Shown here piece by piece: positions 28,298 through 41,082 of a DNA stretch of 64,000 bases. Under the pieces are notes generated by a model. It searched no databases. It was not told where the DNA came from and saw nothing but the letters and a program-made list of their open reading frames with translations. Location: positions 4,402,001-4,466,000 of the forward strand of contig NEEC01000004.1 of NCBI GenBank assembly GCA_002189035.1, in the 5' to 3' direction. This DNA comes from Utricularia gibba. Taxonomy: Eukaryota; Plantae; Magnoliophyta. Numbering within the stretch: position 1 is the first letter of the stretch; the number at the start of each line of letters is the position of its first letter. Both the position numbers and the translations under genes were made by a program.

Positions 28298-30307
28298 ATG
28301 TTCAAGGCGGCCAGATACTTAGTGAATTGCGGTAAGCGGCGGTTTTCTGCGGCTAATAGTCGGTGGCATTTAGAGGACGAAGGTGACTGGTTTTACGCAA
28401 GGGAATGGTGGAATTTCAATCCTTCCAGTAGTCGCACCGTCTTTCGAGAAGTTTCTCAGTGTGGGAACGGCGTTGTCTCTGTGTTGGCTCATCCATCCTC
28501 TCAACCTGTAAGTTGTAGTTTATAAAACACTATATATTCTTATTTATATGATTTACTAAGGAATGGGATTTCAAGTACATGCTGAGTGCTTGGATTTATA
28601 GAAAACTGCAGATTAAACATTTTGAATAGCCTGATCTGAATTTGGCTAAAGCTAAGAATTTTACGGCATTTTATATATTTAGCTATGCATAAGTGACTCA
28701 AATGATCATAAAACATACCTAATTTCTGTAGCATCTTTGTTGATCAGAGTTGGATTGTCTTGAATTTGTTAAGAATAGATCCTGAAAAATCTTTGCTGTG
28801 CGGTGCAGGAAAAATCTCAATGGGAACGGACAGAGAAGTGGCTGCAGCAGAGGTGCAGGGAGGTACATCCAGAATCTAGTCATGGCGAAAAATTTCAAGT
28901 TAGTGGTTATGAGTGGAGAACACTTCACTTTAATGAATATACTCGAGAAAGCACCGTTAAAGTATTGGCTGCATATAGGGAAGGAGAACCTGGCTCTATG
29001 TTCTTAATGCAGCAGCCGCATTGTCTATCTGTTCCATGTAATCGTGGCTACAGATTATTTCTTGGGAAGGATAACTAGCTTTTTTTGTGTAAATTTTCTG
29101 CCATCGTCAGAGCTTTTATATACTCTTTTTTTTTAATCCACATGTAGCAAGTTTTTTGTTTTCATTTACACCCCTATTACCTAATGATTTATATGTGCCA
29201 TTTGGTTTCTATTCTTTTGATGCCCTTTTTGCTTTCGCAAGAAAATGCGAATTAGCTTTTTACCATATGGTTCATTTTCCGCAGATGTGAAGAGTATGGT
29301 ATCTGCAGGTCTGGCTACCTTGTCAGCATCGGCGTGTAATCTTATGAAGAACTCTGTCGAGGGGAAGGAAGTTGTAAATATTTTATGCATCGGTCATGGT
29401 GGGGAAGCCTGCCTCTGTTTTTGGCGAGCAAGATTAAAGGTCAGATGTTTTCGTATCCCAGTTTTTTTTTTCATTGAAATTGCTGTATCAAGATGTTCTC
29501 CATGCAAATTCTTTTTGTTAGTGTTTTTTTCTTTTTTTTGTCTCCTGCATATTTATTTTGTGCAAAGAATCTTACTTAAAACTATTTAGCTTCACTGAAC
29601 TGCTCTTTTTGGAACTTCCAGGTTCCCTGGTTCACATAGTTGAACTTGATCCTACGGTGATCTCAGCTTCAATCAAAGCAATGGGGTTTCCTCCTTTTTC
29701 TGTTATGACCCCATCTGGAAATCGGGCCTATCCGAAGCCCGATCTTATTAATGATTTGCTATGGAAAGGAACTCAAGAGAGGCTACTGTTGTTCAACTCA
29801 GATGCTGAGAATTTCATCCTTGACAGCAGCGACATCTATGATATAATCTTCATCGATGCATATGACGGAGATGATATTTTCCCCCACAAGCTGTGGCAAC
29901 CAAACACACCATTCATAGAATCTATTGGAAACCGCCTTCATCCTGATCATGGAACCGTGGTGGTTAACCTGCACTCAGACGTTGACTTGGACACCGGTGC
30001 TCCTAGTCAGTCTGAGCTCCCTACAGGAACGCATGCGTCTCAAGTATGTTGCTCATTCAAAAATGCTGTTCTTGGGAACCAAAGGTCAAATGGTATTGCC
30101 TACACCGTCGCTGTCCCTTGGCTTTGCAATAGCACCCTCGTCGTTGGGAGGGGATTCAGTGGAAACAAGGACGTATCGTTTGGCTGGAGTAGAGCTTTGA
30201 ACACCTTAATGACACATTCTCTTCAAGTAGACACACTTCTAGGTATGCCTTTTTCTTGTTTGCAATACATTAAAAGCGGCTTCACTTTGGAGAACTACGC
30301 AGAATGA
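28298..30307 (+). CDS. SAM-dependent methyltransferase-like protein (spermidine synthase-like fold), probably mitochondrial
   Basis: MFKAARYL..RRFS presequence; EDEGDWFY..EWW; LCIGHGG[+G]SLPLFLASKI; VHIVELDPTVISAS; YDIIFIDAYDGDDIFP; GTVVVNLHSD. Frameshift at 29401-29404. Confidence 0.82.
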
Positions 30308-30999
30308 TTCCTACTAGACACCGTTGTAGATAATTTTTCCTTCTTTTTTTCCCCTTCAAGTTTGAGATTATTCGTTGTTGGCTATGATTCTGGATTATTA
30401 TCTTTAAATGTCTATCCTCATTTTTATTGTTAGCTTGCATTTAGATTGAAAATAATAATCATTTTCATATTTATATAGAATAAGAATGTTCGTAAGAATT
30501 TATTTGGATATGTTATCAAACAATGAAATTGGCAAAAAGCAAGGTAAACGTTTCCATAATTCTCTAACTAACTGTCTGTTTAGAAAAGGGAATTCTGTAA
30601 GGGTGTTGGTCTTTCGTGGAAAGGCGTTGTAGCTGATGGACTAGAGAAGGAGGCGAGGTATGACTTGCAGACTTTTGCGCAGATAGATGCAGTGGCCTCT
30701 TACAAATGCAACTACCCAATTTAGGCATGGATATGCTCCGAGTGAATGATCCTGTTTTACTCAGTGAAAGAAGTGTTGCGTAGATTTTCTAGCGTAGTGT
30801 TTGGATTCGTGTGACAGGCTGCAATGACAAGTGGTTTTCTTAAACTAAGGTGAAGTCAGAACAAGTGTCATATAACCGCTGGTGGAAAGAACGGACTGAG
30901 ATGTTTTACTCACTAAAGTTTACCAAACATGATCATAGTACAGGGTTCTCATGTCATAGTCCCAAGATGCAAGGGACATAGAGGATGTACCAGTGCACC

Positions 31000-33900
31000 T
31001 TATTTCTGAGACCATAGAGAGCGGAACAAGAGAATGCTCGCACCGCCTATGGCGAGAGCGACGACTATAGGAATGCCAGTGGATCCAGCAACATCCGGGG
31101 GGAACATTCTGTTTGCTTGAGCATCTTGTGCCTGACGAGATCTGTCTCCATAGCGCTCATGGAGGAGACTAGTGAGATTGTCTATTTGATGCATGATTTG
31201 TCGTTGTCCACGAGCAATAAGCAGAACCTGTTGATATTTTTCTTCAGACGGGCAGTGCTTTTTCAAAAGTCATTTTACTAGCAAAGGAACATGGATAGAA
31301 ATCACCTCTTCCATGATAGGCGACTCCTTGGCCAGTTGGGAAGATGAGGAGGAATGACGCAGAAATGAGCCAGTCAATGGACCATTGGTTAAGCCGGAAG
31401 CGAAAACAGAGGAGACAGGTGTTGCACCGCAGGCTTCAGCTTGCAGTGCCAGGTTCTGTTGGCTGGTAGGCGCTCTCAAGTTCTGTTGGCTGGGAGCCGA
31501 TCTTCTTGAGATCTTAGAGTTCAGCTCTTCAATTCGGGAGGTAAATTCATCCATTCTCTCATTCAGAGTGGTGATTTGTTCAGATAGGTGATTAACCATT
31601 CCCTGGAACAAAAATCGTGGGAAAAAAAAGCGTCACATGTTGCTGAATGGCAAGAAAAGATGGAGTTCAGAAGTGAGAAGGGAGCTGGCAAATCAATGAA
31701 ATTACTGGAACAACCACATGGTCCACCAAACTCATGATAAACTACCTGATTAGGGACAGCGGGTGAATCAAGAGCTCGCGCATCATATCTCACATTGTTC
31801 ACTGATAGTCTTGTGAGTTTGGAAGCTTTTTCCCGCAGATTCAGTGACTTTGAGACTCCACTGGAACTTTGAAGATAAGTTTCGCATCAGATATGGGTAG
31901 CTCATAAAATCTCAAGAATACAGCTTGCCAAACAGCAAAACTCTCACCGGTTTAAGAACTTAATTCTTCGATCAGCAGAAGCTCGAGACAGGGCTTCTTT
32001 TGGGCTGGAAGCCAATTCATCATCTATGCTAAGCTTTGTCCTCAAGTCATCAGGCAGTGCCTATGAAAGAATCTGGGTTGAGGATAGAGATTACATAAAA
32101 TGACAACACATACTGATTCAGAGAATCCCAACCATAACATCGTTTATGAGTTTCTCCAACTGAATCTGCTCTATGTATGTATGTGGGATGTAGGAGCCAT
32201 CTAAACCAAGCTCCTCAGCTATATACTTCACATATAACCGATCTTTTCCTTGGACCTGTTTATGAACAAACCCAGTTAAATCGCGACTCGCTCTCCTACA
32301 TCGTCAGCAACTAAAGCTGCCAAAACAAACAGAGCATATTATCAAAGTTCAGACAATTGAAAAAGAACTGATACCTGAATGCACTTGCGATTAAGTTGTT
32401 CCAGCCAATCAGTTTTTACACATACTTTATCAGTGATGAAGACATGACTGTTTCTCTTCAGAATGGATGCAATCGTATATCCCAGTGCCATCAGTCCACC
32501 GAGAAGACGAACACTGACTTCAAAAGTGATTCTTGGTGATATAATAAAGGGGCTATCAGTGACCCATTCCTGAAGGTAAATTCACATATAGGGAGTAAGA
32601 GCTATGCATATTTCCTTATGAATCGCTTACAATCAATAAACCTAGAGCATCATTCAACTCTTGTTTCCAGAATGAATGCAATTTCAGTAACATGTGAACC
32701 ATAAGCATGAAACCTTCGAATATATGACATGTACTGCAAATGCAATCATGTACAGCAAAATGCGAAGGGAGATCTAAAAATTAATGGCTCAGAAGGTCTT
32801 GCAACCATATGCAGAAATTTACTAATGAATAATTCTCTCTTACTGAAAACCAGTCAGCAGATAATGGGAACATATGAAACTTGAGTTATCAGCCACACCT
32901 CAAACATAAGAGTATATTTGCCTTCCCGGTTCCGCATCCTCAAATATGACTGACATGCTTCAGGGTCTTCTCCGGGAGGCAAAAGATAAATGTCATATGT
33001 TTCTTCAGTAGATTCCTTAAAATTTTCTCCAAGAACAGACTTAATCTTTTCATCTGTCACTGTTCTTGTAGACTGAACCAGAATTAGAAAAACCAGTTAT
33101 AATAATTATGAAACATGCTGCCTTAATCTGCCAGGGAATAACCATAAATCCCACCTTCAGTATATATGAAGGATTCTGAAATCCTGAAAATGGGTTGAAT
33201 TTGTTGATGATTTTTATATGAGCTGTTTGCAAGTCCGGCTCAATAAAAGCTTTGTACATGGGATATACCTGGATTCAAAATGCATAGAGCAGTCAAAGCG
33301 CAAGCTAATATTCATCTCAAGCCATAGGGAAAAGTTAGAATGTGAGAACCAAAAAACACCGTTTCTGATATTTGATGAATTATCTCCTCAGGTTCTTGTC
33401 CAGCACGCTGAATATCCCTAAGGACACGCTTTACGAGGTCAAAATGCACACCACCGGTAACAGAAACGCGGAGATCCAGAAAAGGTCGTAGCTTCTCACT
33501 CAATGCATATATTCCTTCAATGATGACAAGACGTGAACTTGGAACTTCTAGAGTCCTGCTTAAAATAATTGTATATAAAATGGCCATTCCACCCTAAGTT
33601 CCTCATTGACAGAGATACACAAGTACACACTCTACAGCATCCCAATGTTAGTGGCATACTGGAGAGAGATGAAACTAATACTACAATTTGATAAAAACTA
33701 ACCTGTATCCTACCCGAGAGCTAGTCTTAAAATCATATATGGGAGTTTGAACCGCCTTTCCTTCTATGAGGTCTCGGATGTTTGCAAGCAAAGTGTCATA
33801 GTCCGTCAACCGTGGATCTGTTACACATATAATCAGCAGAACTCATCAAGCAAAGCTTAAAGAATAAAAAACTTGAAAGAATCACTTTCATGGCCCTAAC

Positions 33901-34339
33901 CACATGCCATGAGCTAATCCCAAAACTCAAAAGAGGATGTAGGACACAAGGTATTAGGTACATGGCATAAAACCGAAGTTCCCAATAAAAGATGTTTACC
34001 ATCAAAGTTCCCATCAATTATACGAGTTGCATCATTGTAGTTATCCATGTTAATGATAGCAATGCTAGGCAAGAAGTTGACAATTTTATCAGTGAACACC
34101 GTTTTTCCAGCACCAGACGGACCGGCTACTCCAATCATCACGATTCTTTCATTCTTCTGAGCTAACAACTGGCATGCGCGGACAACCACAAAGAAACCCT
34201 TCTCAAATGACAAAGGATCTTGGATTGGAACAATCTCATAACGATCACAATCCTTCCTCTTAACTAGCTGAACTTGATCCCTTAATAGCCCTGAACGTTT
34301 TCTTGGAGAATCAATTGCAGGTACTGTGCCTTGAGCCAT
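31000..34339 (-). CDS. TTM: Triphosphate tunnel metalloenzyme TTM1/TTM2 (uridine kinase-like + CYTH + C-terminal TM)
   Basis: LSFEKGFF..GVAGPSGAGKTVF..MDNYND; DPRLTDYDTLL; IIEGIYALSEKLRP; YDIYLLPPGEDPEACQSYLRMRNREGKY; coiled coil LSEQITTLNERMDEF; hydrophobic tail anchor; 10 exons traced. Confidence 0.93.
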
Positions 34340-34965
34340 ATCAAGACAAGTTTTATCCACACAAACGCACGCTGCATGAATATTAGATGTCAAAGCAAAA
34401 TCTATGAGCACTAACACTAGAAAAACTGCAAGAAATCTTACCCTTTCCTGTCCAAAAACGTGTACAGCTAATTCTTGAGAAACAACCACGCGCTTCTCAT
34501 TAAACCCCCCTTTTCAGCTGCTTCATAAACCATCGTCGAACAATAAACTCAAAAGTTCAGCTCCCTAACATCCAAATTCTCAATTCCTATCTCGGATTCA
34601 GAAATACAACTCCACCTCAAAACCTCGAGAATCAATCACACACGAAAAACAAAAAAAAAAAAAACTGCATCCAACTCGAAGTACAACTTGTAGCAGCATA
34701 CCCTCAGATACCTCCCCACTGAGACTCATTAAATCACTCAAGAAGATGCCCGTGCTTTTTACGGACTGAGGCTCATCCAACAATTATAATGTAATTAATT
34801 ATATATTTTTAAAAATGTATTTAAAATATATATACATAATAAATAAAATTCATTTAATTAATAAAAAATATCTATAATTTTGAAATATATAATTAAAAAG
34901 ATTGCATAAATATTTTTAAAAAATAATTTAAAATGTAAATAAATTTGTCCAACTTATTTACAACT

Positions 34966-35096
34966 TGGGCTCATCCTCTTTATTATACAATTAATTGGAT
35001 TTTAATTGTGTTTTCTTTTCCATTTGTTGAGTTTGGGGTTAATATGGGCCATCAAAATGGGCTTGGCCCAATACAATACCAAGGCTTTGATGGGCC
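34966..35096. promoter_or_regulatory. Site II cluster upstream of TTM
   Basis: TGGGCT 34966, TGGGCC 35045, TGGGCT 35058, GGCCCA 35065 and TGGGCC 35091 in otherwise very AT-rich DNA. Confidence 0.55.
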
Positions 35097-38000
35097 ATCG
35101 TCCTCATGAACCCAGTGGGTCTTTTATATTAAATAACTAATTTATCGAATTTATTGTTTCGAAATGTACGTCTTAAGTTATTGACAATGACGGAATATAA
35201 TTTTAATTTTTTTCTTTTTTACCGATTGCATTAAAATATTACCGAGCAATCTCTGTCCACATGTACCATATTCGTATAATTCAAGAAACGTGACCAAGAG
35301 GTCTTACTAGAAAAGAAATAAAACTCTTTGTTTTTTTTTAATTTCCCAAATTTTCAAATTTTATATTCAACTTTTTTGCTATTTGGTATAAAAACACACA
35401 TTTTAATTGTTGCTTTTTGTAGTATTTTGCATTCACTTTATGCAATATCGTCTGCTTTAAATAATTTATTTTTATGATTTCATGTTTTTTATTTTTGAGA
35501 AAAATATTTGTACAAGATTAAAGAAATTTTTCTATTTAAACACGTCATTTACTTCCATTCATAATCAATGTAGGATAACATAAATAAAGTATTAAACACT
35601 CTTTGATAAAACATATGATATAAAAATTAAAATTGACATTTTTGGAAAAAAAAACCCAACATGTTTCTTTCAAGTAAAACAAATTGGGGAATTTAGAAAA
35701 CTGCGCCATCATTTTGGCTTTTAATATTAATTTTTTACTTTGATATATAAAATAGAAATTAAAAGTAATTATTTTTCTAAATATTTTTAAATAAATTATA
35801 CAAAAAATAAGAAATTATAACCCGAAATTTTTTTTAATAGAAAAAGGAATCTCCCAGAAGAATCACATTAAATTATAGAAGTTAAAGTATTGTGTGAAAT
35901 AGGAAAAAAAATAAACAATGAAAATTGACCCAACAAAAAAAGAATTTTTTTTTTAATATTTCTTTTTAGAGAAAATCTTAAATCAATCTTATGATAATAT
36001 ATTTATTAAATAAAAGATTTTGATGATATACCTTATGTTCTCAACTCAGAATTTATACACAATTTTATTATTTAAAAAGATAGAAATTTTGAAATATATC
36101 TTATTTTTAAAAAACTAAAAAATATCCATTTCTTTTTTTTTGAGAAAAAAGAACCTATTAAAGCTTAAATCAAATGTATCTAAATAATATCGGAGAATTA
36201 ATTATTGATTAAATCAACATCATATTCTAAACAACTATTCATTAAAATATCTTTACAATAATATTAGACAAATATTCTAAAAAATTATCTTATTATGCCG
36301 ACATACGCTCAACTATCCCCATTTTGAAGACAATTGTATTTTGATTTATTAATTTTATTTTCGTTAGGGATTTACAGAATTATCATTAATTAATTAATTA
36401 TTTTTTGAATGGTTGCTTTCCTTGATAGGGATGGTTGTCTTTTGGACACGTGTTTATTACGTAAATTACAAAAAAAACACAAATTATTGAAAGATGAGAC
36501 GCGTATATCCGATAAGAATATATTTTTTTAAAAAATGGTAAATATCATATCTTGAAAGCATTTATTTAATCCCTTATTTTTAATAAAATAGAGAAATTTA
36601 AATATCCGATCATTTAGAGAATTGATTACTTTCTTTCCCATATATTAAAACAAATAATTTATGTTGAATATTTTTTTCTCATGATAATTGAAAAAAATGC
36701 AATATTATTTTAAAATAGTTGATTTTATAAAACTCGATTAAAAATAATGATACTGAATAAAAATGAATATATAAAATGATATTTTTTTATTTGAGAATGA
36801 GAGAAAAAAAATGAATAAAGTTTATTTCTCATTTTTCATGAATTGGTTTTTATTATATAAAAATGTTTTTTAAAAAATAATAATAAATAAGAATTAAATT
36901 TAAAAATAAATATTTGTGGTACGATGCGGCTGCCGGTGGGTTTCTTTAACGGTGGAAATGAATGAATGCAGATGAGAAACGTTGCTCGGAGTTGTTGGGG
37001 GATTCTCAGCAATTAAGAAGAAAGCCTAAAGAGTTGCGGTTGCGGCGTAGCCCCAGTTCGCCACTGCAGTGGAAGTATTCTAGAGATATAGTTGTTGTCT
37101 CTGTAGGGAGCGTGGGTGGGTGGGAGTATGCGCCGTGAGGGAGGCGGAGTCACATGTCTGAAAACCAGCATTTAATGGACCACCTTGTTCCTCCTCCCTT
37201 CGCTTTTCATTTCAAACGCTTCTTCTCTCTGCCTAGTGGCCGCTCCTGTCGGAAACTGAATCTTTGATTTTAACCCCATCTGCGTCCTACTCCTAAACTA
37301 AGGTTTCATTTCACCGTTGATCTCTTTCTCTGCCTTTCCTGTGTTTTCAAAACTCTGCTTTCTTTTCTGGGTTTCGCTTTCAGTCGTGGAATCTCGTCTC
37401 CATTGCTTGATCGTGCAATGAAGATGCAAGTTCGTGATTTGGGGACCTACCGTGCTGATTTTCTGCAATAAAAAAAACGTGGCCTACGCCATTGTGAAGC
37501 CATCCGTGATTAGTTTGTTGGTAATCTTCCTTTATATTGTCAATTTGTGGATTCAAATGTCTGTGCTTGGGTTGTCCGCGAATCTGCAGCTCGCCCCCAC
37601 TTTTTTTCTTCCAGAGTCGGCAACTGGGTTTTGGATTTTTCACTTCCGTTTCAAAAACTTGAGCTGTGCCGAGCTATCCCCTGCAGTTTCTCTTATCCGC
37701 TATACTGTTCATCCAGCCCATCTTTTGACTTCGAATCAAAAACTTAGCTTTTATCCTTTTCCCCCAAAACGCGTTCTGTTGTCTGTCTCCATACAACCCA
37801 GATTCAAATTGAAAAGATCCATCTTTTGAAGCTCTGAATTTGGGTAGAGGTGTGTGTGATCTCTTTTTCTTCTTGGATCTCTAAGCTTTGTCTGTGAGGG
37901 ATATTTCATGAGCCGTCTATTTATGCATACCAATCTGAATCAGGGCCTGTCGTTTTGAAGGGACACACAACTTATTGAAAAGCGATTTTGTAAATTCATA

Positions 38001-38230
38001 GCAACATATTTAACTTTGCGGTCCTGCAGTTGTTTTAGCAGCATGTAACATGTCATGTTGATCTTTTTTCTTCATGTGGGTTGGTTGAGTCTTAGCTGTT
38101 ACATAACACTTTCCTCAAAAAACTGCTATCTTTATACTGTTTTGGTTAATGATGCAACTCTGAAAACAAGTAACGTGCACACAGAAGTTGTTCTAATTGT
38201 GATGTAGATCTTCATCTTGAAGGTGTGGAC

Positions 38231-39951
38231 ATGAAGAAAGGGAGAAACCAAGTAACTGCAGCAGCCCATCTTGTGCTTCCATGTAAGACTGGTTTGGATC
38301 CTGAGAAGAAGCTGCAGTTGGGCAGATCGGAAGGAATCCAACCGTGTAAGGTTGAGGTTCTCCTTCCGGGTAGTATTCCAAAGCATATTACACCGTCCGG
38401 TGAGAAGTATATCATTCGTTTCCTTGAGCTGATTCATGATCATGCGGTTAGAGGATCAAGCTGGAACTTGTCAAAAGTTCATGCTTGTCTGGTTGAGTCA
38501 GAAAGCATAAGAACAGATGCATATGATATGGCTTCATTCCTCACCAAATGTCCGGTCACTGCCTGTGGCGATCTGATGATCGGTGATAGCAGGAGAATGC
38601 GGAAGATCCTCAGTCCATTGATTAAACAGCTTGGTAGTTCTACTGACTTCAATACCAGTTTACTTGGTATCAGAGAGCGAGTGCATAGTGCGCCTGCATC
38701 GGTCCGATTCGGACACCGGTTGTCCGGCGAGTCGGAGAATACAATGGCAGATGCCAGCAACCACAAAATGATAGCTGCATCTCTGGAGGGTTTGGCTCTG
38801 CATCGAGTGTGAATTCATGCAGGGATTCTTTGTCTACCTCCTCTGTTTCCTCAGTCCAAGGAACACTACAGTGTAAATGGGAAGATGGTCTTCCTCACCA
38901 CGTTTTCAGTATTGAAGACAAGAAGGATGTCTATGCAGCAAGCGCTTCAAAAGTGGAATCTTCAGATGATAAAGCTTTGGATTGTGTTTACACTTTCTAT
39001 GCAGGGAAAAGAGACTCGGATGCGCGCATTAGAGAAGCCATAGCCACAATGAGAGTGTTTACTTCAATCACATTGTGCTCAAGTATGGAGCAGATCAGAG
39101 AGACAAAGTTCATTCTGTATGCTTCAACCGACGATTACAACGAGGGGATCAACCTAAGTGACTCCAGTAAGAACAGGTTGACAAAAAAGATGGCAAGTGT
39201 GTTCAGGTCAGGGAACTTCTTGAAGCAACGATCGCTTTCGAGGTCTTCGGTTAAAAGTCCTGTTCTGGAAGATCATGCGGTTGCAGATCTTTTTGAAGAA
39301 GATCAAAGTTCCGTTCAACCTGCTGAAAAGACTGATCTTCCAGACCATGAGATTGCAGCCATTGTTATTAGAGAAACCTGCCATGGTCCTGCGGTTGCGG
39401 ACATGGGAGGATGGGGAATCAAATTCCTCAAGAAACCTAGAAACGATCCATCACCAGAAACAACTGAGCCTTCTGAAACCACTAGAAACAACGGCGCATG
39501 CTCGACCAGCATGAATGTCCTGATCGCTGCTGGTATACATGGGAAGTCGACTGGCGGTGGCCCTTCGAGCCTGGTTGAGCGATGGGCCTCCGGTGGTGCC
39601 TGCGATTGCGGCGGCTGGGACATCGGCTGCCCATTAACAGTACTCGTACCCAACCAGAGAACCCCAGATGATTCAACCTCTGAGAAATGCAAGCCGGTTC
39701 ATCTTTTCATACAGGTTCCCCCTTTACGTTCATCTCTTTATCCATCCCATCTGGGAACCATCTATTCGTTTGATCTTCACATGCTAATATTCCCTCAGAA
39801 TTCGCGGCAAGATGCACCAGCTCTGAAGATGGAGAACACTGGAGGAGGAGCTTATAGCATCCATTTCCAACCAACATTATCCCCTCTGCAGTCTTTTGCC
39901 ATTGCTGCAGCTGTTATCCATTCCCGAAATCATGAACTTCACCGGCATTGA
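38231..39951 (+). CDS. DUF3527-type protein
   Basis: ORFs 38225..38812 and 38809..39951 are offset by -1. The second carries QGTLQCKWEDGLP..VFS, EIAAIV, GGPSSLVERWASGGACDCGGWDIGCPL and IHFQPTLSPLQSFAIAAAVIH. Probable intron ~39715-39799; the frameshift site is inferred (candidate GGG 38788-38790). Confidence 0.8.
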
Positions 39952-40311
39952 AACAAGTCTGTTTTGCCAAAGAAAGAGAATCCGGGTCTGTCTGCAATAG
40001 TGATGCACTACTATGCTTCCTGTAATGCGGAAACTACATGCACATAATTCAGTATCTGAATCACCATATTGTTTCTGTTCAACAACCATTTATCACATTG
40101 ATCTTCCCTGAAAAACCTCAAGCACATTGAGCTATAACATCTTCAAACCGTCCCCTAGGATGCACTTATCAAGTGAAAATGAAAAACAGAAACAAAAAAA
40201 AAAAAAACATGTGAACTAGCCGTTACTCTATCAACGGCTCTTTTTACTAGCCGTTAGGGTATATCAGTGTAGGGCAACGTCAACTAGCCTCAGCTTTCAT
40301 TTAAACTAGTT

Positions 40312-40455
40312 GGGCACGGGCCGGCCCAGTCTAGACTAGACCCGGCCTGGCATGAAATTTATGGGTATTTTTGGGCTTAGTCCGTATCCTATTGGGCCAA
40401 GTGGGCTCATGTTGTATGCTGGCTAAAGTTTAAACTGTCCCAAATTGAAACCCTA
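40312..40455 (+). promoter_or_regulatory. Site II cluster plus telo-box, typical of snoRNA / ribosome-biogenesis promoters
   Basis: Several TGGGCY/GGCCCA motifs in 40312-40410; AAACCCTA 40448-40455; no protein ORF follows on the + strand. Confidence 0.65.
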
Positions 40456-40690
40456 ATCGTAGAATTCGGAACTACTCACCCTGTATCACAGAAACCGGGT
40501 TTCTGGTTCCCCTAGTCGCCGTCGCGAAACTGCGGCGGCGAGTGAGTTTCTGTTGTTCTTGTGTGGATTTGTCGACGTGGGCGACGCATGCCTGATCTTC
40601 TTCTAATGATCGGTGATCCCGAATCCGAGCTTCTCCTCTTGGATCTTCGATTGTTTTGTATGCAACTCTCGAATTTGCGTTGCTCCTTAT

Positions 40691-40833
40691 AGCTGGTAAT
40701 GTGGTGTAGATGAATTCATATCCACGCTTCTCTGCACCTCCCATGACCAGCTACAAGCAAATTCCCAACCCTTCACTCTCTCTTTGGATGGTGAAATTGC
40801 TCTTCATCATTCCACTCGAGGTTTGGGATAAAA
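40691..40833 (+). ncRNA. H/ACA snoRNA-like RNA 1 (variant boxes), predicted guide for one 18S and one 25S uridine
   Basis: Hairpin A: AGCTGGT/ACCAGCT lower stem, GGTGTAGA/TCTGCACC upper stem, pocket AATGT + TCCCATG matching 18S CAUGGGA-U-A-ACAU, then ACAAGCA 14 nt from the pocket. Hairpin B: CCCAA/TTGGG stem, TGGATGGTGAA/TTCATCATTCCA upper stem, pocket matching 25S UCGAG-U-G-AGAG, then AUA at 40828. rRNA sequences recalled from memory. Confidence 0.62.
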
Positions 40834-40942
40834 AGGAAAGATCACGCAAATCGAGTCATGTTTCTTTTTCAGAATTCACAGGCTTTAAGCTTGGAACTTT
40901 ATCTTGAGGTTTTGATTTATCGGAGTTATGTTCGAATGCCTA

Positions 40943-41082
40943 ACCAGACATCAGTCATGTGCTCATCTTCGTTTTTATACCTTGGTGCTAGCACAGTTAC
41001 ATGTCTGGTAAATAGTAGGTCTTTCGTTACAGATGCGGTCATATGATCTTAAGATCACATCTGCTCCATTACGACCACAAAT
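40943..41082 (+). ncRNA. H/ACA snoRNA 2 (canonical hairpin-H-hairpin-ACA), predicted guide for two 25S uridines
   Basis: 5' hairpin ACCAGACAT/ATGTCTGGT with pocket CAGTCA + GTTAC and upper stem TGTGCT/AGCACA; H box ATAGTA 41012-41017; 3' hairpin GGTC/GACC with pocket TTTCGTTA + CTCCATTAC and upper stem CAGATG/CATCTG; ACA 41077-41079. Pockets match 25S GUAAC-U-A-UGACU and AAUGGA-U-U-AACGAGA (recalled). Confidence 0.85.

Noticed and set aside
34790-36900. 2.1-kb AT-rich spacer examined for MITE/Helitron ends
   Set aside because: No TIR pair with TSD and no convincing hairpin-CTRR terminus found by eye.
40448-40458. AAACCCTA as a telomerase-RNA template
   Set aside because: Shorter than a full template, no USE/TATA Pol III promoter, and the context with site II motifs fits a telo-box.
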